Shown here one piece after another: positions 9,301-18,197 of a DNA stretch of 64,000 nt. Each line of letters begins with the position of its first letter. Within the stretch, counting starts at the first letter, position 1. The DNA comes from an uncultured virus (IMG/VR IMGVR_UViG_3300000117_000020) (lineage: Duplodnaviria > Heunggongvirae > Uroviricota > Caudoviricetes > Crassvirales): positions 1 through 64,000 of IMG/VR virus record IMGVR_UViG_3300000117_000020; one strand, written 5' to 3'. The position numbers and the translations under genes were made by a program. Below the pieces are notes generated by a model. It was not told where the DNA came from and searched no databases. It was given only the letters and a program-made list of their open reading frames with translations.

Positions 9301-11438
9301 ATCAATACTGGGGAATGTTTTTAGAACCTAAAAATCCTCAAGACAATTATTCTGAAAAATTTAAACGTATAGCAGCTAATAAACCTGTGTTAGATTATTA
9401 CAATAAGTATAGAGAAACTATAGAAAATATGAGCAATAAGGCTAATATTAATATAGGACCAAACTTTATAGCTAATGTAAAAGACGACATGATGGAATCT
9501 TTATTAAATAATGGATTAGGATTTAAAGGAATGAATGAAATAGCTGACGCCCTGTCGAGAAGTTTTATGATTAAAGAAGAAACAGAAACAATGGGTGTGT
9601 TTAATTATAACAATGATGGCTCAATGATAAGTCAAATACCTTTACCATATTTAAATGATTTAACAAACAGTCATGGAGAGGTAGCTGCTGGAATGAAATC
9701 CACAGATCTATCTAAGTCCTTATATTTATTAGCAACAAGTCTTTATAATCATAAACACATGGGAGAAATAGAATCTTATGTTATGGGGCTAAAAGAGATG
9801 GTTATAGAAAGAGGGGAAGCTGTAACTAAAAAGGGACAATTACAGTATCAAGGATCAGAAATTAGAAAACAAGACGCGTCTCCAGAATTATTAGCAACTT
9901 ATGATAAGTTTATAAATTTTTATTTGTACGGGCAAAGAATACAAGATGAAGATAATACAGTAATGGGTATAAGTAAAATAAAAACAATTAAAACTTTACA
10001 ATCTATATACTCTGCAAAAGTATTAGGATTTGCAGTTATTCCAGGTATAGCAGCTAGAATTACAGGGGGTTTTAACGCATTTTATAACGGTATAGATGGC
10101 GTACATTATAATAATAAACAATTAAATGTAGCAAGGAAAGCTTTTATACAGTTGGGAACAGATCAAAATAAAGCGTGGCATGCATTAGTACAATATGTAG
10201 ATCCTTTTCAATCAGGATTAACTTGGCAAAAAGCTAGAGATTTGTCTGCAAAAGCTTCTAATAAATGGTTAGACTTAAATAACTGGTATGCTCCATTAAG
10301 AAATCCAGATGAAAATATAGATGGTATGATAACAGTAGCTATGGCACAAAACCATGGTATTGATAAAGAGGGTGTTTTACAAAGACTTGTCGATCTTCCT
10401 GCAGGAACAAAGTCGTTATGGGAAAGTTTTTCAAAAAATCATAAAGAAGGTAATTTAATAATTGAAGGATTAACTCAATCGTCTTATGAAGATTTTAGAT
10501 TAAGGGTAAAAGCAATGGCTAGAAAGATAAAAGGGGAAATGAGTGACGAAAACATAACAGCATTTAGTACATCTTTAACAGGACAAGTAATGATGCAGTT
10601 TAAAAGTTGGATGCCAGGAGTAGTTGAGTCTAGATTTGGGGATAGAAAATACAATGATGTATTAAAAGTATTAGAAGAAGGTAGATATTGGGGATTCTTA
10701 AAAGGATTAGGAACAGGATCGCATGGAAAAACTTTATTAAGAGAAGAATTAGGATTTAAAACAATTTTACAGGGCTCTTTACAAAAAGGATTAGATGCTA
10801 TAACTCAATTAGCATTTTTAAATAAATTTATTACGGATCCAGCAGAAAAAGCAAAATTAGAAAAGGAAGGGAAGTGGACACCTGCTATGGAAAAGAAATT
10901 TAAAAGTAGAACAAAAGCAGCTGAAACAGAATTTGAAAGGTGGAAAAGAAATCAAACAGATAAACGGTTACAAAATATACCATTTAAAGAGTTTTTAAGA
11001 ATGAGGCAACGATCTGTTAAAAGAACGTTAGCGGAAATAAGAGCGTTATTGGGAATGTATATAGCAGCGATGGCTATGGGAATGGGAGTAGGTCCAGATG
11101 ATGAGAAGTTTAAAAATAAAACATGGTTAAGTAGAAAGATGTACATGTTATTATCAAGAACTCGAATGGAATTAGGTTTTACATTAAATCCTATAGAGTT
11201 TGCTACATTTACCAGGGGCCTTATACCGTTAACAGGGTTGTTTACAGATAGTATGAAAGTTCTAGATAATGGATGGACAGAGTCGTTAGAAATGTTAAGT
11301 ATAATACCAGAAAACAAAAGAGATAAGACTCCTATGCTTTATCATACTTTAAAGTTTGTACCAGGATGGTCGCAATTAAGAAGAGTTCTTGAGGTTTACG
11401 ATCAAGATAAGAATAATCCATACGTAACAAGAATATAA
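6378..11438 (+). CDS. Large virion ejection/core protein with a degenerate zincin-like motif, a PD-(D/E)xK nuclease-like domain and a C-terminal hydrophobic segment
   Basis: 1686 aa, coupled to the RNAP gene by a TAATG overlap. Motifs: TLPEEASHLFV; E...AGTIDAAV...LLDWKT...YNTQISTY; LLGMYIAAMAMGMGV near the C-terminus. Confidence 0.7.
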   Translation: MACNVVKNIDGSVSQVYANNGSPSNLFNDLVSRLGSKEEAHKVWLETQTKAFKNKFEDVLDENGEPYIESVESVMETLPKPEVDIYKQQETDPIIEDANKELNERMKDFLLEFGFTTKVVDSLTDRAGNNISGVAKLDTLLKTVQVVRGKADITTLPEEASHLFVELLKAKDSPLYQSMLRSIDKYDMLKKVTNEYSSNPLYQNEDGSPNESKLRDEAIGKLIAAEVVNAHSSAESKPNISRFGRWFQKVLNAIKKFFGGENNPFLAAAENMLLESKTAYKEAVEEIGDVEMLQQEETNETETPQEKVTNSLKEDHENLVIKEWIQEEDGKLPRQLEVIEEFSEGKKLKRYKFTKNGVEYIISNRVTDKGTRDFVRQKGKQRALEISNLERSQHLRKNGIRIHNAAQQLMNFYGSKSDLIDVIDVDGVGTKTLEQIRAEANMTRRHFEIFKTGVRNHIKQIEIQQKKIGEGKANLLTELRIVDPHSKMAGLEGVAGTIDAAVVYSDASMDLLDWKTISPSSYYTDKGKIDKNPFRQKMDSYNTQISTYMNMLQEVHKVEKFNRTRIIPIHVEFAKTVAKNFTNNLVKFEMAHTNPEFLRSIAVALEKTDYEELDELVNKLDNQIKRLKTQQRNIKAKRTDFAKLQARIEILEDGMQELVVKGDIKSLINKVAQRISLVTSGVGIQDVSHPDYLDENDLKSIYEDFVLFKGITDKTIKYFDDKLKNSKNKEEARNYQDAFNAASTIVNNNLQRVRDAWMQKITTKAQRDDIDLSETPKTKGWFSRNFTTMDVFPHPAFRAAYKKIYQSFNKTKAVTDGIYEEIQDITFGPKDKNGKRDGGLNKWAKDNGMTLTEAFRDVLIEETKNEKDETIFKTLVPMFSKDFRDQIKTKQEKGDEVWMKENFKIKEGARRKFNEMRKNMIAREEFLHPDLREYNDKGELVVKPSKNMAIRKANIKRWDEKYNVFDPLYGKAWLNQYWGMFLEPKNPQDNYSEKFKRIAANKPVLDYYNKYRETIENMSNKANINIGPNFIANVKDDMMESLLNNGLGFKGMNEIADALSRSFMIKEETETMGVFNYNNDGSMISQIPLPYLNDLTNSHGEVAAGMKSTDLSKSLYLLATSLYNHKHMGEIESYVMGLKEMVIERGEAVTKKGQLQYQGSEIRKQDASPELLATYDKFINFYLYGQRIQDEDNTVMGISKIKTIKTLQSIYSAKVLGFAVIPGIAARITGGFNAFYNGIDGVHYNNKQLNVARKAFIQLGTDQNKAWHALVQYVDPFQSGLTWQKARDLSAKASNKWLDLNNWYAPLRNPDENIDGMITVAMAQNHGIDKEGVLQRLVDLPAGTKSLWESFSKNHKEGNLIIEGLTQSSYEDFRLRVKAMARKIKGEMSDENITAFSTSLTGQVMMQFKSWMPGVVESRFGDRKYNDVLKVLEEGRYWGFLKGLGTGSHGKTLLREELGFKTILQGSLQKGLDAITQLAFLNKFITDPAEKAKLEKEGKWTPAMEKKFKSRTKAAETEFERWKRNQTDKRLQNIPFKEFLRMRQRSVKRTLAEIRALLGMYIAAMAMGMGVGPDDEKFKNKTWLSRKMYMLLSRTRMELGFTLNPIEFATFTRGLIPLTGLFTDSMKVLDNGWTESLEMLSIIPENKRDKTPMLYHTLKFVPGWSQLRRVLEVYDQDKNNPYVTRI

Positions 11439-11439
11439 A

Positions 11440-11467
11440 AGGGCCTCCCTTGAAATTGAAAGGCCCT
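11440..11467. terminator. Hairpin at the convergence of the + and - gene blocks (probable bidirectional terminator)
   Basis: AGGGCCT-N14-AGGCCCT inverted repeat in the 35-nt gap between converging stop codons; U-tracts are weak. Confidence 0.55.
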
Positions 11468-11473
11468 CCTAAA

Positions 11474-11791
11474 TTAAACTTGAAGAGTGGAATTAGCGAA
11501 AGAGGTTTTAGACTCATTCTTTATTTTTGATTCTCTCTCTTCAATAGCCATAAGTAACAGTAGCAAATAACCTATTAAGTCTTTGACTGTATCTTCAGTT
11601 GCATCGTAAATCCCTTTATTTTTAATGCGCATCAATTTATCATCTATCCTTGCAGATAGAGAGTCGATGGCATTAGCTTGGCTAAAGATATTAGCTGGTT
11701 CTAATGCACTGTTACCATATGACTTATTTTTGAATTTTAGTAAGTCAGCGATGTTTTTTATTTGTTTGTCTAGTTTATCATCAAATTTCAT
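11474..11791 (-). CDS. DUF1599 / Nmad1-like (nucleotide-modification-associated) alpha-helical protein
   Basis: KNKSYGNS...RIDDKLMRIKN...EDTVKDLIGYLLL pattern. Confidence 0.75.
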   Translation of the reverse strand: MKFDDKLDKQIKNIADLLKFKNKSYGNSALEPANIFSQANAIDSLSARIDDKLMRIKNKGIYDATEDTVKDLIGYLLLLLMAIEERESKIKNESKTSFANSTLQV

Positions 11792-12528
11792 TATAAATAG
11801 TTTTTAGGATTAAATAATTCTTTTTTGGGATCTATAATACTATACAATTCTGCTTCATCGTCTAGTATACATCCTAACATGGTCTCCAGTCTGTGTTTTC
11901 GTTTTTCACTTTTAAATAAGATTTGTCCTATTTGACTATCTATATTCATTCCATGAAATTTAAGTAATTGTGTTTTATATTTTGTGCTTAACTCTGAGTA
12001 TTTTCCGTTTATAAATTTCTTGTAGTTTTGTTTTTGTCCTGACGGAACATCAAATAAATACAATACGTATTCATCGTGGTCCTCCATATCTATATAACTT
12101 CTAAATTGTTTTACAGCGGCTTCAAACTTTAAAAATAAAGGATCTTTGCTCCATCTATACAATAAAGCAATACATCCTTTTTGTTGAACAGTCCCTATAA
12201 AAACGTTAACCAGGTGTGTATTGTAAAAATACAAATTCCTTTCTCCGCTTAACATTGGTAATATAAATATGTTTGATTTGTTAGGCTTTGCTACATGCAA
12301 ATCATAGATCAAAACATTACCCTTATAAAGTTTGTCTATAAAATTAACTTTATACTTTCTATTTTTGATAGAAATAGTCTCTCCTGTGGAAATCACTACG
12401 TCAGTAGGCATTTCTAGAGAGACTATCTCCGCATCAAAAACATGGGGGTTAATAGTTTTTGTACCACCCGTAAGTCGTACAGTCCTCGCATTCAGAGGAT
12501 TAAATAAAACAGTTTCACATTTAACCAT
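11791..12528 (-). CDS. Hypothetical phage protein
   Basis: 245-aa ORF overlapping both neighbours in the operon. Confidence 0.7.
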   Translation of the reverse strand: MVKCETVLFNPLNARTVRLTGGTKTINPHVFDAEIVSLEMPTDVVISTGETISIKNRKYKVNFIDKLYKGNVLIYDLHVAKPNKSNIFILPMLSGERNLYFYNTHLVNVFIGTVQQKGCIALLYRWSKDPLFLKFEAAVKQFRSYIDMEDHDEYVLYLFDVPSGQKQNYKKFINGKYSELSTKYKTQLLKFHGMNIDSQIGQILFKSEKRKHRLETMLGCILDDEAELYSIIDPKKELFNPKNYL

Positions 12529-13294
12529 AATTAATATTTAAATGTTTAATATCATGAACTTGAAGAGATCCTGATAAGTCTAGTCCTATTGCATTTTCTA
12601 CTTGTTCATACGTTTTTAATATATGTACAAGCTTGAATGTCTCAGCAAACTTACAAACTCCTTCGTAATATCCAAATTTTTCAACATACTTTTCTATTAC
12701 TATCTTTTCAAATCCTTTTGTTACCTTCTTTAATAAATTATCTGCAGTTTTAGGTCCCACTTTAGGAATTCCTTCTATCCCGTCTGTAGCATCACCCATT
12801 AATGTTTGTTTCCAAAGAAATTTATTAGCTTCTAGTTTTGAAGTCTTTATAAATTCATTAGTCCTAAAATTAAAATGTTTACCTGCTACTTGATAAAGAA
12901 CGTCCTTATCTGGGCTACAAACAATGGTTCCACTAGGTTTAGCATGCACTGCAACAAGATCGTCTGCTTCTAAGCCTCTAATGGCCTCCATTTTCCACTC
13001 CTGTTGTAGATACTCCCGTAAAGCATAAAAGATAATAGGTTTAGAACCTCCTTTTCTGTTATGTTTATAGGCTTTAGTTTTTGCAACTTCATATCTAAAA
13101 CATCTTGATAAAGTTAAAAATCCTGCGTACTTGCTAGTCCCGCACATTGCTAGCATGTGAAGCAATCTATTATTTATACCTTGGATAGCCTCTTCTAGTG
13201 TTGGCTTACCCATTTCGTAATATAATAAACTGTCTGCATCTATTAGTGCAACTGGACCATCATCTGGAATTTGCAATATATCTAGTTCTTCCAT
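12521..13294 (-). CDS. 5'-3' exonuclease / RNase H (FEN/T7 gp6-like)
   Basis: LIDADSLLY, EADDLV, SPDKD and the helix-hairpin-helix motif GDATDGIEGIPKVGPKTA. Confidence 0.9.
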   Translation of the reverse strand: MEELDILQIPDDGPVALIDADSLLYYEMGKPTLEEAIQGINNRLLHMLAMCGTSKYAGFLTLSRCFRYEVAKTKAYKHNRKGGSKPIIFYALREYLQQEWKMEAIRGLEADDLVAVHAKPSGTIVCSPDKDVLYQVAGKHFNFRTNEFIKTSKLEANKFLWKQTLMGDATDGIEGIPKVGPKTADNLLKKVTKGFEKIVIEKYVEKFGYYEGVCKFAETFKLVHILKTYEQVENAIGLDLSGSLQVHDIKHLNINYG

Positions 13295-13307
13295 ATCTTT
13301 AAATTTA

Positions 13308-13378
13308 ATAATAAAGTATATACTTACACTGCGGAAAAGACCTTAATTTTTAAACAGTCTAAGTATATACTCTATTAT
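13308..13378. repeat. Long intergenic inverted repeat (24-bp arms, 2 mismatches)
   Basis: ATAATAAAGTATATACTTACACTG ... CAGTCTAAGTATATACTCTATTAT; each arm contains the palindrome AGTATATACT. Confidence 0.8.
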
Positions 13379-13386
13379 ATTAATAT

Positions 13387-14565
13387 TTAAAGGTTAGTTA
13401 ATTCACCAACCTCTTTACCACTCTCTATAGTAGAAGTGTCGTATTCTTCTACAATCTTAGCGCGCATCTCAGCCCACTGCTCATCAGTTTTAGCTGCATA
13501 AGTAGAACTATGATATATAGAACCATTTACACCTACTAAAGAAGAGTGTACAAAATATTGAAGACATCTAGCTGCACCTGTTTCGTCATCAGGTACTGCA
13601 CCAATATGCATTGGATCTACAAAAATATTGTGTATCTCACCACTTATACAGTTAATGTATTCTAAACCGCCAAAGTGAAGACCTTTAACACATGATACAC
13701 GATCATTAGTGTTAACATGGCTCCAATCAGGTAATCTATGAGTACAACCAACTTTTATAAAATGTTGTGGTGTAGCATAACCGTTACTGCCTTCACAGTA
13801 GAAAGCATCACCGCTTGAGCCCATAATAGCAGGCTGAAACAATCTGTCTTCTACATGTTCTGGTAATCCTTCTGACTCTATCTCGCCAGTGTCAACATTA
13901 AATGTTCTTTTGTACCTTGGTATTTCTTGAACTTCACCGTCTTCACCTTCTTTAAATTTAGTTAGAATCTCGTGAGATACTTTGTAACCATTTAGTAAAC
14001 CTTCTTTGGTTATTTTCATTTGATACATAGTAGCTCTTCTTTCTGCAACTTCTTCACTTAAACCGTGCTCTTCTATTAGCTCTTTCTTAAGAACTGGGTG
14101 CACATATTTAAGATTAATGTAACTAAAGAATCTTTCACAAAATTCTTTGCCCCATCCTTTCTTCATTTTAGTACGAAGAACAGGGTTTCTTAACCATCTA
14201 GTCCACATTTTAACTAGCGGCATAAAATCTAATCCTTTGTCCATAGACTCATAGATTCTTTCTACCAATGCTTCAGGCATAGGTATAGACGATACTACAT
14301 TGTTGTGTTGTAAGAAGAACTCACCTGTACTTTTGTTTACATGAATGTGTTCGCACTTATCTTGAACAGTTTTAGTATAATCTTGAACTGTAAGAGGTTC
14401 AAACTGCTCTAACACAGCTTTATAGTCCTCCATTGTGACTGCGGTATTAGCTTTTTCTGCTAATTCCAACATTTTTGTATAGACTTCTTTGTTAAAGTCT
14501 ATACAAAATGTCTTGTCACCATAAGATCCTGAGATCTTGTCATCGATAACATTTATTGAAATCAT
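13387..14565 (-). CDS. rIIB: rIIB-like protein
   Basis: Directly downstream of the rIIA-like gene; SCVKGLHFG motif, VDPMHIGAVP and GYK motif typical of rIIB. Confidence 0.75.
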   Translation of the reverse strand: MISINVIDDKISGSYGDKTFCIDFNKEVYTKMLELAEKANTAVTMEDYKAVLEQFEPLTVQDYTKTVQDKCEHIHVNKSTGEFFLQHNNVVSSIPMPEALVERIYESMDKGLDFMPLVKMWTRWLRNPVLRTKMKKGWGKEFCERFFSYINLKYVHPVLKKELIEEHGLSEEVAERRATMYQMKITKEGLLNGYKVSHEILTKFKEGEDGEVQEIPRYKRTFNVDTGEIESEGLPEHVEDRLFQPAIMGSSGDAFYCEGSNGYATPQHFIKVGCTHRLPDWSHVNTNDRVSCVKGLHFGGLEYINCISGEIHNIFVDPMHIGAVPDDETGAARCLQYFVHSSLVGVNGSIYHSSTYAAKTDEQWAEMRAKIVEEYDTSTIESGKEVGELTNL

Positions 14566-14567
14566 AA

Positions 14568-17402
14568 TTAATTATTTTTGTTTAAAGTTAATAAATTGAT
14601 GGGTGGTTTCCAACCCAATCTTTGTTTAAATTTGAGATACTCGTTAAGCTGTTTAGAGTATTCATTACCTGTATCATTATTTTCTATTTTATTCTGTATA
14701 TCGTCAATAGAATTTAAAAATAAAGCAATAGGTTCTAAATACAATAGCAAATCCTCAAAAGCTATAATTACATCTTTGTCTACAACATTGTTACATGTTA
14801 CGTCTGTAAATACAAAAAGTTCTCTAGCTTTAGTTTTAACAGCATTTGGATCATCTTGATTAAGAGTGTCAAGAAATGCATTAAATTCTATCATTTTCTT
14901 AAACATCTTCATCTGAGGTTTCTTTAGATAATTCTCTATACTATGAAATCCTGTTGTAGATAAAATATACTCTTGAATTTCTTCATAGTTTTCATACATC
15001 TCTTTGTTAATAGCTTTCATATTACCCATAAACTTGTCATTTTCAAGTCTCATAGAGTAACCTGTATACCATTTAACAATAGCAGGATCTACACTAAAAT
15101 GATTAGTATCAGTAGCAGTGTAAAAGAACTCATCAATATGCCTACAATTAGGATTAGTTGCCATGTGTTTAGCTACTTTAGAGTTAACTCTAATAAGCTG
15201 TGGTTTATCCCAGTTTAATTGTGGGTCCTTAAAATAACCTTCTGAAGGCTCATCACCAGAATAAGATCTAGTAGGAGGATATTCCCAAAAATAAACAGGT
15301 CTATCATCCTGCTCATCATAAGCATGAGGTCTATTAGGCCATACTTGCTTATGTATAGGATTCTGACGCTTAAGAATATTAGCTGCTAGTATTAATGATT
15401 CTTCATCTTCTTTAGTACCATAATATGTAACAGTTTCTGTATTCATAAGATCAGACGTTCTAGGTTCTACTTTATCCCATATATAGCCTGTTGGGCTAGC
15501 AGTAGAAGAGTTTTTGTATTTAATACATTCACGTAAAGTATATGCTACCATACGTTCTTGTATCTTACGTCGCTCTTCTGGACTCATATAAGACATTGCC
15601 GCAACTTCTTCTCTTTGCTTAGCTGTTTTCTTATATTCAGCCAACCACTCTTCGTCTACCTCAATATCTTCATAATATGAAATAGCTTCTGAATTTCTAA
15701 GTTCCGCCATAGCATCTTGAACACGTTTTTTATCTTTTTGATAAAACTTCATTTGCCTTGCACGTTCATTGTCATCAGCAATGTTACCTATAGCAGCAAT
15801 ACGTTCAGTATCTGTACCATCTGTTTCAGTAACAACATACAAAGTATCACCAGTTGACAATTGTTTTAGTACATAAGAATCAGCATGCCAATGAAATTGA
15901 GTTTCTAATCCTTTGATATAGATTTTATTACTGTCGTAACCAAACTGTTCCCAAGACTCAAGATCTTGTCTTTTAACAGTTTCTTTCTTGGTATTCCAAT
16001 CTCTTTCTATAGTAATCTTCTTAATGTTGGTTTTTTTACCAAACACTTTTTGAAGAGTACCAAACTTGATATCTTTATTACCAGGAAAGTATGGAGACAA
16101 CATATCTTTATCAATAATATTAGCCATTTTACTAAGAACTAAATCTTTTGTGTCGTCCGTATCAAACTTACTATGATGCATTACATTTTTACATTTGTAA
16201 ATCCATTTAACAAAATCACTTTCATCAAGCTTATCTTGAACCAATTCAGTAGCCTCAAAAGCAGCTTGCTTAATTAAATTTTGTACATAGTCTTTAGTAG
16301 ATTCGTTCCATATAACTTTCTCACGAGACGGAGTAACGTCCACACCTTCTTGAAGAACAATTTCTTCACCAGTGTCTGGATCTCTCATTACTTGTCTCAT
16401 AGGACATTTAAATGCAACAGCACCATAAAGACCCTCCATTTCTAGTTCTCTAAAGTTAATATGACCATAGTTAATACCTGTAGAAGCATTTTCATCTTTT
16501 ACAATCATAATATGCGGCCTACTAAATACATAACTGTCAGAAATAATAAGATTCTTAGAATTATGCAATACTTTAGCATGAAAATTTACATTTTCTATAT
16601 CACCTTCTTGATCTTCTACTTCAAACACAACATTGTCTATATATAGTAGCTGTTCTTCTACAGCATCTCTAAATCTAGATCTATTATGTCTTTTTACACC
16701 AAAACTTACTGTAGTAAAGTTTGCACCATCTGTTGGTTCATAATAAACTTTAGTTCCATCTGAAAATGTTACAAACGGATTTTCTTTACCAGTTGTTAAA
16801 TTAAACTTAGGTATAATAAAATCTGTTTTATAATTGTAACAATTACATTTAAACCTTTTACCATTATGTGCAGTTTCTATAGTATAGAAATCAACGCCTG
16901 TTGAGAGTGCGACTTTTGCACCCAAACCAAATGCGCCAAAGTTCTCACTAGTATTTCTTTTCGTAGAATAACCTAGTTCTAGAACCCCTTCTAACCTTCT
17001 ATCTCCTATACCCACACCAAAATCTGTAACACTAAATGTATCACAAAAACCTGTACCTTCATTCTCTTTGTATTTAAGGTGAACTGTTTTTGATCCTGTA
17101 TTTAAATGTGACAAATTATAATATGAAAGATCAAAGTTACTATCTGTGTAAGCTTCTCCTTCTCGCTGTATGTAGTAGTCGTCTGCTTTCTTTGTACCTC
17201 TTAGTATCTCTATGGCCATTTCCTTCTCACGTTGAGAGTCACATGCATTTGTAGTTAACTCTCTAACTGTTGATGGAATTGGCTGGGAGTACTGAGACGC
17301 TTGAAGAATGTCAAAGACTAGCTTTTCAGCACCTTTGTTGATTTTCTTCTTGACACCCTCTTGTCCACTTTGGATGTCTCGATCAATTGTTTTAATACTC
17401 AT
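14568..17402 (-). CDS. rIIA: rIIA-like protein with N-terminal GHKL (HSP90-like) ATPase
   Basis: VRELTTNACDS, DFGVGIG, YSTKR, GAFGLGAK and VDVTPSREKV motifs; 944 aa. Confidence 0.85.
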   Translation of the reverse strand: MSIKTIDRDIQSGQEGVKKKINKGAEKLVFDILQASQYSQPIPSTVRELTTNACDSQREKEMAIEILRGTKKADDYYIQREGEAYTDSNFDLSYYNLSHLNTGSKTVHLKYKENEGTGFCDTFSVTDFGVGIGDRRLEGVLELGYSTKRNTSENFGAFGLGAKVALSTGVDFYTIETAHNGKRFKCNCYNYKTDFIIPKFNLTTGKENPFVTFSDGTKVYYEPTDGANFTTVSFGVKRHNRSRFRDAVEEQLLYIDNVVFEVEDQEGDIENVNFHAKVLHNSKNLIISDSYVFSRPHIMIVKDENASTGINYGHINFRELEMEGLYGAVAFKCPMRQVMRDPDTGEEIVLQEGVDVTPSREKVIWNESTKDYVQNLIKQAAFEATELVQDKLDESDFVKWIYKCKNVMHHSKFDTDDTKDLVLSKMANIIDKDMLSPYFPGNKDIKFGTLQKVFGKKTNIKKITIERDWNTKKETVKRQDLESWEQFGYDSNKIYIKGLETQFHWHADSYVLKQLSTGDTLYVVTETDGTDTERIAAIGNIADDNERARQMKFYQKDKKRVQDAMAELRNSEAISYYEDIEVDEEWLAEYKKTAKQREEVAAMSYMSPEERRKIQERMVAYTLRECIKYKNSSTASPTGYIWDKVEPRTSDLMNTETVTYYGTKEDEESLILAANILKRQNPIHKQVWPNRPHAYDEQDDRPVYFWEYPPTRSYSGDEPSEGYFKDPQLNWDKPQLIRVNSKVAKHMATNPNCRHIDEFFYTATDTNHFSVDPAIVKWYTGYSMRLENDKFMGNMKAINKEMYENYEEIQEYILSTTGFHSIENYLKKPQMKMFKKMIEFNAFLDTLNQDDPNAVKTKARELFVFTDVTCNNVVDKDVIIAFEDLLLYLEPIALFLNSIDDIQNKIENNDTGNEYSKQLNEYLKFKQRLGWKPPINLLTLNKNN

Positions 17403-17746
17403 CTTATAAATTCTTTTAATTTGTTATAATACTCTTTTTGAATTTTAGTTAACATCCATTCTTGTGCAGGATGTATCCTATCTTTATACATATATCCGTA
17501 GATATACGAGACTGCAGGAAGTTTTTCCTCTAGCCTTTTTTGATACCAGCAATCTTTATCAGAGTTTGTAACCATAGGGCTAGGCATATCATAATAATAT
17601 AATATAGCCCCATTAGTTTTTAACCTACGATCTCTAAACAGTCCTGTATAATGAGAACCTGATCCGTAAGACACTCTAATTAAATCGCCTGGCTGTAACT
17701 CATCAACCCATTTATGGATTGGAGTTACATTCTCCATTTGATTCAT
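17399..17746 (-). CDS. Hypothetical protein
   Basis: 115-aa ORF with an ATGA overlap into rIIA. Confidence 0.7.
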   Translation of the reverse strand: MNQMENVTPIHKWVDELQPGDLIRVSYGSGSHYTGLFRDRRLKTNGAILYYYDMPSPMVTNSDKDCWYQKRLEEKLPAVSYIYGYMYKDRIHPAQEWMLTKIQKEYYNKLKEFIR

Positions 17747-17747
17747 G

Positions 17748-18197
17748 TCATAAATTTTTAATTATCTCTATTGTTTCTAGTACCTGTTTTTGATTTTTAG
17801 GTACAAATAAGACACAGTTAGGATTGTTATCGTGTAAATATTTTTTAAACATTTTCCATTTCATAGGGAATCTGTCATTAGCAAAACCTTTGCATTCAAT
17901 TATCCATTTGCGTTTATGGTTAATAGCTGGAGATAAAAAGTCTGGCAAATATGTGATTGCTCTAACTTTTTCTGCTCCTCTATTTCTATAACCTGTTGTT
18001 GATTGTTCATAAGAATCAGAAGTAAAGTAAAATCCTTCATGCAAAACAAACTTTTCACTTTCGTATTCGTGTTTAATTTTGTTTTCTTTTAGTTTTTTAT
18101 AAGTAAATGCTTCTAATTTAGATCTAAATTTTATACCATCTATTTCAGTAGGTTTAGATCTTATCTTTGCTTTTCCTTTTCTTCTTTTAAATCTCAT
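17748..18197 (-). CDS. PD-(D/E)xK endonuclease (DUF1064 / T7 endonuclease I-like resolvase)
   Basis: EIDGIKFRSKLEA...ITYLPDF...IIECKG. Start moved to ATG 18197 (MRFKRR), which overlaps the end of the primase gene. Confidence 0.8.
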   Translation of the reverse strand: MRFKRRKGKAKIRSKPTEIDGIKFRSKLEAFTYKKLKENKIKHEYESEKFVLHEGFYFTSDSYEQSTTGYRNRGAEKVRAITYLPDFLSPAINHKRKWIIECKGFANDRFPMKWKMFKKYLHDNNPNCVLFVPKNQKQVLETIEIIKNL

